Origin: Lama guanicoe
Taxonomy: Eukaryota
Assembly (NCBI GenBank): GCA_013239625.1
Contig: MU053810.1
Span: forward strand, 2,925,518-2,989,517
Direction: 5' to 3'
Length of the DNA: 64,000 nt
Shown here: positions 38,101 through 50,329 of the stretch, in pieces
How positions within the stretch are numbered: position 1 is the stretch's first letter
Layout of the letters: each line of letters begins with the position of its first letter
The notes under the pieces: generated by a model
What the model saw: only the letters and a program-made list of their open reading frames with translations
Told to the model about the DNA's origin: nothing
The model's database searches: none
Translations under genes and position numbers: made by a program

Positions 38101-38377
38101 TTACTATCAAATTTATTGAAAGGAGGTGGTGTTTTAAAATAATACTGAATTAGCAATCAACATGGAAACAGATAGAGACAGATTAAGGAAAATTTAGTTC
38201 CAAATGGTAAGATAGGAGAAATTTAAATTCTTTCACTATACCTATGGCCTTACCTTCATGTCTCCCTGCCTCAATATATAATCTTCTCTTATTTTTGCTC
38301 ACCATAGAAGAATTTTTAGTGCCAAGACTCCATAATAAAAGTCTTAACTTAAAAAAAATTAAATAATAATAATTTCA

Positions 38378-38390
38378 CCACCAGGGGGCA
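38378..38390 (+). promoter_or_regulatory. CTCF-binding motif (candidate)
   Basis: CCACCAGGGGGCA matches the core CCASYAGRKGGCR exactly, in otherwise AT-rich sequence. Confidence 0.65.
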
Positions 38391-38728
38391 AAGAACAGTT
38401 TTACAGGAAAAGGTTATTTTTAACATTCTAAAAGAATTACCTGTGTGAACATAGTTTTTGTTGTTAGAATTTTGATAGCTTCAAATTAAGACATACAGAT
38501 CCTAACCTAAACCTTTAAATTTAAGAATCATGTTTATAAGAGAGAAAATTGTACAAGTTACCATTAACCAGGCGCCCCTTTATTTACTATCATTTTTAGA
38601 TGCTTAAAAGAAAATTTCCACCTCCCTTTTCCCTTTCCTATGTTTGCACAAGAGTTGGAAAAATAGAATTTGAACTTTTGAAATACTAATTTAGCCTTTG
38701 TCTATGCTGGTCGTTATTTATTTATTTA

Positions 38729-39150
38729 TTGGCTTAAAACATCACATATTTATTCTCTTACAGTTCTGTATGTCGGAAGTCAAATTAATTTAATTTGGCT
38801 AAAGTCAAAGTGTCACGTAAAGGACTGGTTTCTGCAGAAGGCTCTGAGGGGAGAATCTATTTCCTTGCTTTTTGTCAGCTTCCAGTGGCTGCCTGTATTC
38901 CTTGGCTTGTGGCCCCTTCCTGTTTTCAAAGAATACCACTCCATATCTTCTGACTCTGACTCTTCCTGTGCCTCTTAAAAGAAACATTGTGATGACATTG
39001 GGCCACCTAGGGGTGGGATAATCTTCCTGTCTCATGATCCTTCACTTAATTACACCTGCAAAGGCTCTTTTGCCATGTAAAGGAACATATCCATAAATTC
39101 TGGGAATAAAGCTGGGAACATGTTTGGAGACCATTATTCACCCTACCACA
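38729..39150 (-). mobile_element. MLT1C/D-type MaLR LTR
   Basis: ggcttaaaaca...tttattctcttacagttctg...ccattattcaccctaccaca. Confidence 0.8.
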
Positions 39151-39859
39151 GTAGGTATAATCAGAGGGAGCTGATACAAAGTACTTGGGAAACAGAGAAG
39201 GACTGGCTGACTCTGCCCCAAGAGGGAAAATGCCCTAAGAAACCACAGCCTTCACATTAAATATTCAAATGAACTAAAACCCATTTAACTTGGCAATCTC
39301 AGCCTCATTCCTTTAAGTATGCAAACCACCTAACTCCCCATCTAGCCCTCAGCGGACCAGCCAAGCCTCAGAATGCTTGCTTGCACACCCCTCTAATGGA
39401 AATTGCCAACCACCACCCTCAGTGCCTGGGGGCATCAGCTCTGTGCCCCCACCCTACCCTGGCTGCTCACTAGTGGCATCTGAACCAAGGCACTCAACTC
39501 ATGGCATGGTCAGCAAGCTACAATGTGGCTTCGCATCAACCAGCCAAAGTTACAAGAGAAGCAAAATCAGTGGGTCAGAAAAAGACAAGACAGCTATTGG
39601 ATCTGCCTAGGCTCCTGATGGCTCCCATCCTCAGCCATCCGTAATGTTGAAACAAATCCCCTTTTCCATAAAGTAATTTGAATGTACCTTTGTTCCTTGC
39701 CACCAAGATGGCCCAACTTCCACACGGGGTTGTACCCACTTATCCTGATTGAACATACTGGCCCTCAAGATTTAGATATCAGTCTCATGTGAATTTTGTC
39801 AATGTGAGTCAACATCCATGAGTCTGACTGAATATGGGACTAAGGAGATGAGGAACATG

Positions 39860-40075
39860 AATTTGAGTTAGAAAGCCCTGGGTTGGGTCCCAGCTCTGCC
39901 ACTTCTTAGCTGGGTGACAGTGGATAAGTCACTTTACTCCTTCAGCCTGGGATCCTCACCTATAACCTGAGGGTGATCAGAGGACCTTGCGCATAGAATC
40001 ACTGTGAGGACTAGACAAGACCAACCTAGGAAAGGGCTTTACACAGGGCCTCCTCAGTCATCAGTGGGTCAACAT
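39860..40075 (+). mobile_element. MIR SINE
   Basis: cctgggttgggtcccagctctgccacttcttagctgggtgac core. Confidence 0.7.
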
Positions 40076-42159
40076 GACATGTTCACATGCCTTATCTGCA
40101 TTTCCAAAATCCAAACAGCTCTGTAACTGCAGAGTCCTCTATAATTCATGTGACAGAAAAGACTGACCTCAGGGGACAAGAGGTTACTTACAGTTTTCCT
40201 TGTTCTCTTCCTGTGGATATTTGTTGCAGAAATATTAAAGTGTTTGGCTCATCTGGGTATTATGTGTATGCCAGTCTTTAAATTGGCTTTTAGCTTGTGG
40301 TATTTTTGGACAAATGGTTTCCTAAGCATTCCTAAGCAGTACTTCAGCTCTGCTTTTTTGTTAACTTAATGTGATTAACTCACATACTCAGGTCTTTGCC
40401 TCCTTCTAAAATCAGGTCCATCAACTCAATTAATGCTTTGCCATTTGTTAATTTTATAACTGTGAAATGATATAAATAATGGATAAGCACATCAATTCAC
40501 CAATTATCTCTTTTGAGGCCCTGATATCACTAAACTTACTGGTGAAGTACCAGAGTCATAAATGACAAATAGACGAAAAGCAAAATGATCAGAATAGTAA
40601 ACTATTGATAAGATGTGAAAAATTTGGTCTAACATGTATAAGTCCATCTTCTGAAGGTGTTCAGGGTGTTTGACTATTTCTGACTTGTTAAGTTGGTAAA
40701 AATTCTGGTAACAGAAGCAAAACTGAAAGTTTTAAACCAAGGTATCTGCGGTAGAGGCAAACAACCACATTTCATTCCTCTTGGTGTATTTTGTTTGCCC
40801 TCTTCCTGCTCCTAAGAACCTGCTGGGACCACAGTTCCCTAAATCAATGATAACGATGTCACCATTTCAAATGAGGCCTGAAGCAGAATGAACACCACCG
40901 TGATCCACTAAGATCTGTCACTTTTCTTTCCCTCTACTGCTCACAGGAGCCTGGCCAGCATCTCCAGCACCAGGGCTGTCTCCAGCCAGTGCAGAATTGG
41001 GCCGGATACCACCATGTGTTCACCTAAAGAACATTTTTGTCCAGATGAAATCACATGAAAATGAATATTGACAGCAAACTTAAGGAGGAAAAGAAGTTGC
41101 CAAAGGTTAGCAGTAAGGGTTTATTAAAAGTCACACACTAAAGAACATTCTAGGACCCAACCCCCCTTTTATATTAGTGATGAAAGGAAAAGTAGAGATA
41201 AAGTGGGTTTCCTTTCCTCTTATCAACTTGCTTCTTTATTTTTATTTATTTATTTTATTTTTTTACTTATTTATTTTGCTGTGAATGGATAGACTCAGCT
41301 CCTTCTTTCTTGCAGAGCAGGTCCTCAAGCCTTTGCCCAGCTACTAACTGCTGGAAGGCTAAGCTTTGCATCCCAGTAGCCTATGTTAGATGCCTTGGTG
41401 CATCTTTCCAAATCCTCTCCACCTCATGTGTAAACTAAGCTTGGCCAAGTGACCAGAGCCACAGGGCTCCAACCAGCCTCCCACAGGTACCCGCTAAAAG
41501 CACCTTGCTTTAGGCCAGATTTCCTGATCTCCTTTTGTAATGGCAAAAGGTTGGCAGTAGCACACAGCCTACAATTTTCTCTTAAAAAAAAAATCAAAAA
41601 ACCTTTAAACCTCATATAATCTCTTAAAGGTAAAGACAACATTTTAACAATGACTGAGAAAGAAGTTCATGCTATAGAGAAAGCAGGGAAATGGATTTTT
41701 GGAAAATACTTTCTTTATTATATAAATAAGATTTTTTTCTTTTGCCAAAAATGATATGTGTAACTAATAAAAAGTCTCCTATCTGGACTCATAAAAACTT
41801 GTTTCAAATCTTCCAAATGTAGCTTTTCAGTGAGTTTAAAATCCATTTGTTAAAAATATAAAAACCATTCATTTTCAGTTCCTTTCCCAGAACAATTATT
41901 TGACATCAGGGGGAATAGAAAATTACTAAGTTAAATTTTAACAAAAACCTTTGTACAACTGCTGAATGGAAATGCAAAAGAATTTATGACTTAGTATCAG
42001 AGCCAAGCATATGCTTCTTGCATTTAGATCTATGTCTCTTTATGAGGATTCTTTCTCACCTATGAATCCATTCAAACTAAGCACCTATATACATTGAAAT
42101 TAAAATCAGACTTTCAGTTTATCACAAAATGTTTACCCAGATTCCTAAATAGACACATC

Positions 42160-42229
42160 TTTTAAAAATTTAAGTATATTCAGTTTACAATATTGCGTTA
42201 ATATCTGGTGTACAGCATAGCGATTCAGT

Positions 42230-42266
<37 letters not shown>

Positions 42267-42801
42267 TTCTTTTCATGTTCTTTTTCATTATAGGCTATTA
42301 AAAGGTGTTGAATATAGTTCCCTGTGCTACACAGTAGGACCTTGCTGTTTATCTATTTTATATATGGTAGTTAGTATCTGCAAATTCCTGAATTCCAAAT
42401 TTATCCCTTTACCCTACCTCACTTTTCCCCCCTAGTAACCACAAGTTTGTTTTCCATGTCTGTGAGTCTATTCTGTTTTGTAAATAAGTTCATTTGTCTC
42501 ATTTTTTAGATTCCACATACAAGTGATATCATAGGTATTTTTCATTCTCTTTCTGGCTTATTTCACTTAGAATGATGATCTCCAAGTCCATCCATGTTGC
42601 TGCAAATGACATTATTTTATTCTTTTTTATGGCTGAGTAGTATTCCACTGTGTGTATGCACGAATGTGTGTGTGTGTATATATATACACACACCATGTCA
42701 TCTGTCAATGGACATTTAGTTTTATGGTAAATAGTGCTGCTGTGAACACTGGGGTGTGTGTATCTTTTTGAGTTAGAGTTTCTTCAGGATATATGCCCAG
42801 G
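42160..42801 (-). mobile_element. Truncated L1 3' end
   Basis: Reverse L1 3'UTR and ORF2 end with internal (TA)n at about 42233-42262. TSD agacacatc at 42151-42159 and 42802-42810. Confidence 0.9.
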
Positions 42802-43059
42802 AGACACATCATTTTAAAGCATATTTCTCTCAATAAAAATTGATGGTGATAATATTCTTCATTTTTGGAGAAAATCTTGGTTTAATCAATACTTCATGAT
42901 ATAATAATTAGGTCAACTTTAAGGTTAATTTATTAAAATATTTTATCCATTGCTTAATTTTCTTTCAAAGCATTTACCTTTTTCTTGTTGTTAAAACACT
43001 ACATTTACTTTGAAGGATTATATTAAGTGTGTTTATTTATTTAATTTTTGATTGAAAAA

Positions 43060-43530
43060 TCCCATTGCTTCCCATCACACTCAGAATAAATTCCCATTCT
43101 TTAAAGTCCTCTGTAATCTGGCCTGTGTCTAACTGCAGCCTCACCTTGTACCATGCTTCCTCTCACCACACTGAGCTCCCTCCAGCACACCAGGCTTGGC
43201 CCATCTTAGGGCCTCTGCCCTCCCTTGGCTCAATATTCTTCTTCCCTTCATTGGACCTGCACTGAAATTCTACCACCTCTGACAGGTTATCTTGATCCCC
43301 TAACCTAAAAGGTCACCCAGTCGCTCCCTTCCACATCACCACCCTATTCAATTCTCTGCCTAGCATTTACCTCTCTCAGTCATTTTCCCTGTTCAGTATC
43401 CAGTATTTGTATATTGTGAGACTCCATCATTAGAGTGCAAACCCCAAGAGAGTGGGGCTTTGCCTCTCTTGCTCATTCCTCTAAATAGTGCCTACCTCAT
43501 ATTAAACTTTCAACAAATATTGTCAAATTG
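43060..43530 (+). mobile_element. L2 3' end
   Basis: ttgcttcccatcacactcagaataaattcc...tagagtgcaaaccccaagagagtgggg...caacaaatattg. Confidence 0.7.
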
Positions 43531-44496
43531 AAAAATTAAGCTTTCAAAAAGTATTGTTGGATTTAAACAGAGAGACTCCTTTTCCTCTCTGAGGGTAATA
43601 ACTTATGGACTATGGATCACATTCCTAAGACAAAATAATCAAGTAACCTGGAGAACTGCCCAAGTTCAAGCCATAGGAGAGTAGCCAGCTGCCAAGGGAA
43701 GCTGCGACTTGCATGACAAGTTCCACCCTTCACCCTGTAGAACCAAATGGTCATGGTGGAGGATGTGTTGCTGTTTGGATGCAAATCATTGGTTGTGCTA
43801 TTTGGTTGGGTAACAATCTGAAATAACACTGACTACCTAGGGACACTGTAGATATTCTTAGTCATTTTAATCAGTGTGCACTAAACTATTCATGACTTCT
43901 AAAAGCAGATTCTAATGTGGTGCCAAAATGAAGACTAGGTTCAAAAGTTGTTAAGTCACATAAAAATTCTCATTGACGTCTTGAATAAATACAGCTGAGA
44001 GGTACGATTTATACTTATGGTCTCCTAAGTGGGCAATAGGACATGCCACAGACAATTCTAATTTTTCTCAAGATTTCTCCTGTAAGTTCTAAGTCATATG
44101 TTCAACATGCAGAATAACAGTATTTTCAGGAAGACAGATATGCAAATATGATCATTTTCTACCCTCACTATAAAACATTCTGAAGCCCAACCAATTCTTT
44201 CATTTTAGTACAGGATTGCATTTCACAGAAACATCACTGTTTTCATTTATAGTCAAAAGCAACGTGTGTTGATATTTCAGTTAATGTTACCTTTCATTAG
44301 CTTTTTCATCAGGTATGTTTTCCACATAAGGTCAGAGCTGTGGTTAAAGCTTGTTTCATAATGATGTTTCAAGCTGCATTCTTTTGACAAAACAAAACAA
44401 AACAAAAAACACTTTCTTTTAAGCACATGGGAATATTCTCATTTCAACAGAGAATTGTGCTTGTTCACAATTGGGGGAAATTTAAAGGCTTCACAG

Positions 44497-44632
44497 TAGA
44501 GTTGTCATATTTAGCAAATAAAAATACAAGACACCTAATTAAATTTGAATGTCAGAGAAACAACATGGAACATACTTACACTAGCAAAAATTATTTCTTC
44601 AAATTTAACTTGGTATGTTTTCAGGCAACCCT
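44497..44632. mobile_element. MER53-like hAT MITE (internally deleted)
   Basis: tagagttgtcatatttagcaaataaaaataca...ggcaaccctg terminal inverted repeats. Confidence 0.7.
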
Positions 44633-45168
44633 GGTCTCTCTTTGTTTTGCCTACTTTTGATGGAGACATAGATTGAAATACACTCTTCTTCCAGGAAGTA
44701 GTGAAATCTTCATCACTTTCTTGTTAGCTATTTTAAAATGCTGTCAGCAGTTTTAAAATCAAAGAAGGGGGAAAAGCTACATGAAACAAACAAAACATCA
44801 ATTCTCAAGACTTTGGAAGCCAGGCCATGAAAGATTTCATTATGTCAAACAATTAAAAATCAAATATTGACTAAGCGTTTACCATCTATAAGGCATTGTA
44901 TTGCAACATTCCACAAGCACAAGAGAAGGGGAAAAGAAAGAAGCCAAGCTCTCAGACTCTGGAGGATGTATCATTTTGTGGGGAGGATAACATTGATACA
45001 TACAAAAAGATAACAAACAGTACAAGGCAGTAGGTAGTAAGTGTCCAAGGAATCATATAGACAAGAGGATTCAGGAGATCAATTCCATCTGAGTCTTTGG
45101 AGAAAAACAGGAGGAGAAAGGGGGTGTTTTACTAAGTGCTTTATATTCATCGTCCTGTTTAAGCCTCC

Positions 45169-45537
45169 TGCTATGGTCTGAATGGCTGGGACCCCTCTCC
45201 CCCACTGCCTCACGTCTACAAGTTCACATGTTGGAATTAAAGTGCCTAATGTGATAGTGTTAGAAGATGGGTTCTTCGGGGAGGTAGTAAATCGTGAAGG
45301 CGGAGTCCTTACGAATGGGCGAGTGCTCTTATAAAAAAGAGCTCTAGTCTCTTCTACCATGTGAAGATGCAAGGAAGGTGCCAGCTATGAACCAGGAGGA
45401 GTGTCCTCAGCAGAATGTGACCACACTGGTGCCTTGACCTTGGACTTGCCAGACTCCAGAACTGTGAGCAATACATTTCTGTTGTTTATAAGCCAGTCTG
45501 AAGTACTTGGTTATAGCAGCCCAAATGGGTTAAGATA
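45169..45537 (+). mobile_element. MLT1A-type solo LTR inserted into a MIR
   Basis: tgctatggtctgaat...taagata termini, exact 5-bp TSD CCTCC at 45164-45168 and 45538-45542. Confidence 0.85.
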
Positions 45538-46104
45538 CCTCCCAACAACCCTAAAAGGGAGATATTTTTACTGTCAGCACCAGCATCCAGAGAGGGTCAC
45601 ATTTCATGCCTACGGTCACATAGCTAATAAGCTACATACTGGTTTCCACCTTAGGTCCTCAAGACCCTGTAGCCTCAGTGCTGCCTCTGAGATGACAGGA
45701 GAGAAGGCTGGAGCCTCTACTGTTAGATGAAGCTCCTAGAAGTTTGAATGGGAGAGAGAGACAGAGAGAAAAGGATTATTTTAGAAAGCTACTTCTTCAC
45801 ACATTGTCCTGCACATTGTGGTTACAAATGTTAAGTACATTCATATTATTGTACTGCCGTCATCACTATCCATCATCAGAACTTTTTCATCTTCCCCAGC
45901 TATACCCAAGTGTTCATTCCATCGCACTGGATTATAAGGAGACTACAGAAAGTGTCAAAGATTAGAAACATTGTGAAATCAAAACAAACTGAAATGAACT
46001 GGTGGTTATTTGCATGTAGAAGAATGAGAGAGCCAGAGAGATGAAGAATCAAAGATAAGGGCAAACCTAAGAATCCACAAGAACAAAACAAAAATGACAA
46101 AAAC

Positions 46105-46590
46105 CTGTTAGATTTTGCACAGCAAAGGAAACGAAAAGCAAAACAAAAAAAGCAACCAACAGAATGGGAAAAAAATATTTGCAAATGATGAGACTGACAA
46201 AGGCTTAATTTCCAGAATATATTAATAGCTCATACAACTCAGAAACAAAAAACCAGCCCAATCCAAAAATGGGCAGAAGGCCTAAACAAGCAATTCTCCA
46301 ATGAAGACGTACAAATGGCCAACAGGCATGTGAAAAAATGCTTAATATCACTAATTATCAGAGAAATGCAAATCTAAACTACAATGAGGTATCACCTCAT
46401 GCCAGGAATGACCATGATTAAAAAGTCCACAAACAATAAATGCTGGAGCGGGTGCGGAGAAAAGGGAACCTTGCTACCCTGTTGGAATGTAGTTTGGTGC
46501 AGCCATTATGGAAATTCCTTAAAAAACTAAATATAGACTTACCCTATGATCCAGCAATCCCACTCCTGGGCATATACCCAGAGGGAACTC
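46105..46590 (+). mobile_element. L1 ORF2 internal fragment lacking 3'UTR and poly(A)
   Basis: PTEWEKIFAN-like DNA through LPYDPAIPLLGIYPEG, then an abrupt end. Confidence 0.88.
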
Positions 46591-47029
46591 CCAATTTGCA
46601 CTGTGCACAAATAAACTACAACATATGGTCACCTCTCTGATTACGGAACACCCACTCTTCCCCCTGCACGCCCTGTGTAGCGTATTTAATTGTCTGATAT
46701 GCCAGTCAAGTGAGGGCACCAGTATAAAAATGGTTATTACATATTGGTAAAGCTTAATTTCTTCCTCCCTTTTTTTTCAGAGAAAAAAATGAAAATAAAA
46801 GTTCTAATGTTGTTTGTTCAGATAGTACATTTTTAAAGAGGACACCTGTTAAAAGGAAGAGAAGGAATGACAAGTCAACAAAGATTGCGAAGGAACAGCA
46901 AACAAGGTGAATGACAGGGTGAGCCCTGGAAGCTGAGGGCCGGAGGGAAGCGGCAGTGGTCCTCTGGGTCTAGTGCTGGGGGAGTGAGATGGAGACAGAG
47001 GCACGATGCTGGGGTTGGGAGACCTTGAC

Positions 47030-49250
47030 AAGAGCCATCTGAACAGAGCGGGGTGGATGGAAACTGCATGGAGTGTGTCAAGGAGAGGCTGTGGGAACAG
47101 TAGTAATTATAGTTGCTGCCTTCAAAAGGTTTTGCTTTGAAGGCGAGCAGAGAAAGGAGAGGGGAATGTGAAAGGTGTTATGGGGTCATATGAGGCATTT
47201 TTTCATAGGGCAGATTACAGCATGGCTGGATGCTGGCAGGAAAGGTGATGACATTCTTGTATGAGGAGGTGAAGTGGGGCAGGGAATTTGATGGGAAAGA
47301 AGGTACAAAATAGCCATTTTGGAGTTGGGGAAGCAAATACTGCCCAGGATACGACCCTGGCCAGTACTGAGGACCCTTTCGCGATGTCTGGTCCTAGATT
47401 CGCAGTGAGACTGTTCAGCAGAGCTGTGCTTTTTTTTTCTCCAGCACCACTCAGCTGCTCAGGGACAGGGACAGGCACAGATCAGGCTAGCGATTGGTTT
47501 TAACCAGACAACAGAGAGAGAGGACAAGGAAGGTCACGGGGTCTGCAAACTGCGTGTAGTGACTGGTAGTGAGAGAATGTGAGGGTTCGGATTGGATTTG
47601 GTCATAACTGATGACAAGTGGGCATCAAAATGGGCAGAAGGCTTTCCAGCCTCCGCGCTCGGTCGGGTTGTGCTGCGCTGCGGGTTCCGGGACGACGGGT
47701 GGCGCGGGCCTCACGGGCCCCTGGCCCCCGATGGCCAGGGTGCTGGGCAGGGGCGCGCGGCTGAGCGGTGCCCGGCGCGGGCGGGCCGGGTCCGAGGGTC
47801 CCGGGCCCTGAACGCGTGGACGGCAGCGGACTGGTCTGGCCCCGCGCCACGTTGTTCGTGGGACCTCAGGCGGCGCCGGCCTGCGTTCCCACGCCGGCAG
47901 ATCTGGCGATGGGGTTGAGGACATTTATTGGTCATCGACTGTATGCTAGGGATTTTTTAATAGAAGTGAGGATTTCTTGCATGTGAAAGGGAAGGCGTCG
48001 CCTTATAACTGCACCTATGCCTACCGCGTCAGTGTGACAACGGGTCAACGCAGAAGTCACGTGCCATTTAAGGTTTAGATCTTTACAACCGCCTCAGGGT
48101 GCAGAACTTGGCAGCAATCTAATATCACCAATTTTGCAGGTGAAAATGGATGCTTGAAGCAGACTGCTGCTAGCTGAATACTTGACTATCTGGGAGCACA
48201 AAGATGGCCTAAGGATGTCCTTGGTGAGGAATTTGAAAACTTGATCTTCAGGAGCTGCTTAGATTATTTAAAATTTCCAGGAGTGATAAAATTACTGTTT
48301 TGGACAGTCCGTAAGTGTATAAATAAAACAGTGGGGCCACAAATAAAGAAATTGTGCTTCTTCAAAGAAAGGGCAGAAGAAGTGATCATTGGAGGTGAGA
48401 GGTCAAGGAACTAAGAGGCCACGGCACAAACTTGTGGCAGCAGGGGTGTGCCACTGCTATGCAGGGTTTGGGAAAGTCCAGTCTCATCCTCTTTGGTCCC
48501 ACCTTGGTCAGGAGGTGATTTTTTCCCCCTCGGTGGCTCTGTCCCCACACAAGATGATCAAGTTTCCCATCTTCTGATCAAGGGTGCAGAACAAGCCCCA
48601 GAACAGCTTCCTTCCCACTTAAGGATAGCTCAGCACCAAGTCCTGTCCACTCCACTTCCTGGTTCTCTCAGTTAAGGGTCTTTCTTTCCCATCCCATTTC
48701 AAAAACTCTGATCTCCCAAGGCTTTCCTCTTTCTTGTGCACCGTCCTTATACCTTCTCTTTCCTTTCCCTGGAGCCCTGACATACTCAGCAAGCTCATGT
48801 CTGGATCTCTCTGTCTCACATCTGCAGTCTGTTTCTTCCTTGCATGCTGCGGGAAAGAAAAAGAGTCTTCAGGGTGCTAAAGAGCAAAAGAGGGGAGAGA
48901 TTCACACAAAGCACACAGGAAATTAGAGATACACCCTGTCTCCGATGGATTATCCGTGAGACTGTTGAGGTCATCAAAAAGCAAAAACAGGAGTAGAGGT
49001 GGAAGAGAAGAGAGTGAGCCAGGTATTAAAGTCATCAGTGACTGAGCTGGAGTGATCAGGACAGCAAGACGTTTGACGACATGAACTTTGAAGGAGGTGA
49101 GGAGAGAGAAGGCCCGGAGATGGCATTTGGGGAGCTCAGAGGACTCTCACTCATTTAGGTCTGAGTACATGAGGCTTGAGAGGGAAAACCAGTCTCCATT
49201 CTAGAGGTGAAATGCTGTCCCCAGGGGGCAGGAACTCCACATTCCAGGTG
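47030..49250 (-). mobile_element. Fragmented L2 ORF2 region surrounding the CpG island
   Basis: Purine-rich L2 antisense-like segments at about 47030-47640, 48380-48440 and 48950-49250. Confidence 0.45.
47645..47915. promoter_or_regulatory. Small orphan CpG island
   Basis: About 39 CpGs in 47641-47910 by hand count, with CpG-depleted flanks and no recognisable exon. Some extra CpGs extend to about 48060. Confidence 0.75.
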
Positions 49251-50329
49251 AAAGTCTATAAGGGCCAATATCCTACATCTGTCATGTTCACCTTCACACC
49301 TGTAACACTTTGTACAAAGCAATGAGTACACAGCATGTACCCAATAAAGGTATATGGAATAAATGGAAGACCAGTTAATTCAATCCAGTGTTTATATTTA
49401 AACGATGTGCCACAACCCTACCAGTCTTGTAGGATAAGTGGCAGTCCCAGTTTCCTGCTCCAGTGTGACTGCCAGGGGAGTAAGGCGGTGCTCCAGGGCA
49501 TCAGCTGCCTACCAGGAAGACCTGTTCTCACCAAACAGAAATAGATGCTGGAATCAGATAGATTGAAATAAAAACACCTGTTTTATTCCTCTTCAAGATG
49601 ATGATCTGAGTTATGATCGTTACCAGGATCCCAAACAGATTCCTTTCTCCACCAGCTTATGCCAGCCCCGGAAAGTTTAGGGAAAGTTGAGTAAACAGTC
49701 AGTCTCATAATATCATGCTGCATCAAAAAAAGGAAGCCCAGAAGAGGCTGGACCACTCGTCTTCTGTCCCTTCAAACATAAATTGCTCCTCAGCTTTGGA
49801 AGAAGTGAATGAGGGGGCAGAAAAAACCTGGAAGCTTCCTCTCATATTTTTCTTTCCTACTGAGTGAGCATCTTCTCCCTTCTTTGAAATATGAAGAGGA
49901 GAGTAAAGGGCTTCCTCAACACATCCCAGCTTTTTATTCTAATAGACTTGAATATACAGTCAACCAAGGATATGATGTTCTCCTGGGAAAGGAGCTGCCT
50001 ATCAGAAAGACCTGCTCCTACTGTCATGAGACGGCCCCTGTTCCAAATGCCAACTACTGTTTCTTCATACATCTTCCTGGGAACACTGATTGAACATTCA
50101 GATTTTTTCCCTGGAAAGCTCTCAAATTGTAAGATCAAAAACTTTGTAAAATGAGCTGTACTTCTACTCATTGACTTACTTTCCCATCTCTTTCTGTCAT
50201 TCAAAACTCTTCCACTGTGACCTCTGGACCTTAAGGTCTATCAAACCAGCAAACTGCCCTATCTCCCTAACATCTGGCTGGTCAAAATGCGATTCATGGT
50301 ACATTTTAAAGCCAAAACATAACTAGCAG

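Noticed and set aside
47592..47986. Six overlapping ORFs and an 11-nt 5S rRNA-like word (ccctgaacgcg) in the orphan CpG island
   Set aside because: The ORFs are low-complexity products of high GC content. The 5S match is too short and does not extend.
49809..50204. Three overlapping 87-115 aa ORFs
   Set aside because: No recognisable homology, splice context or promoter. Lengths are compatible with chance.
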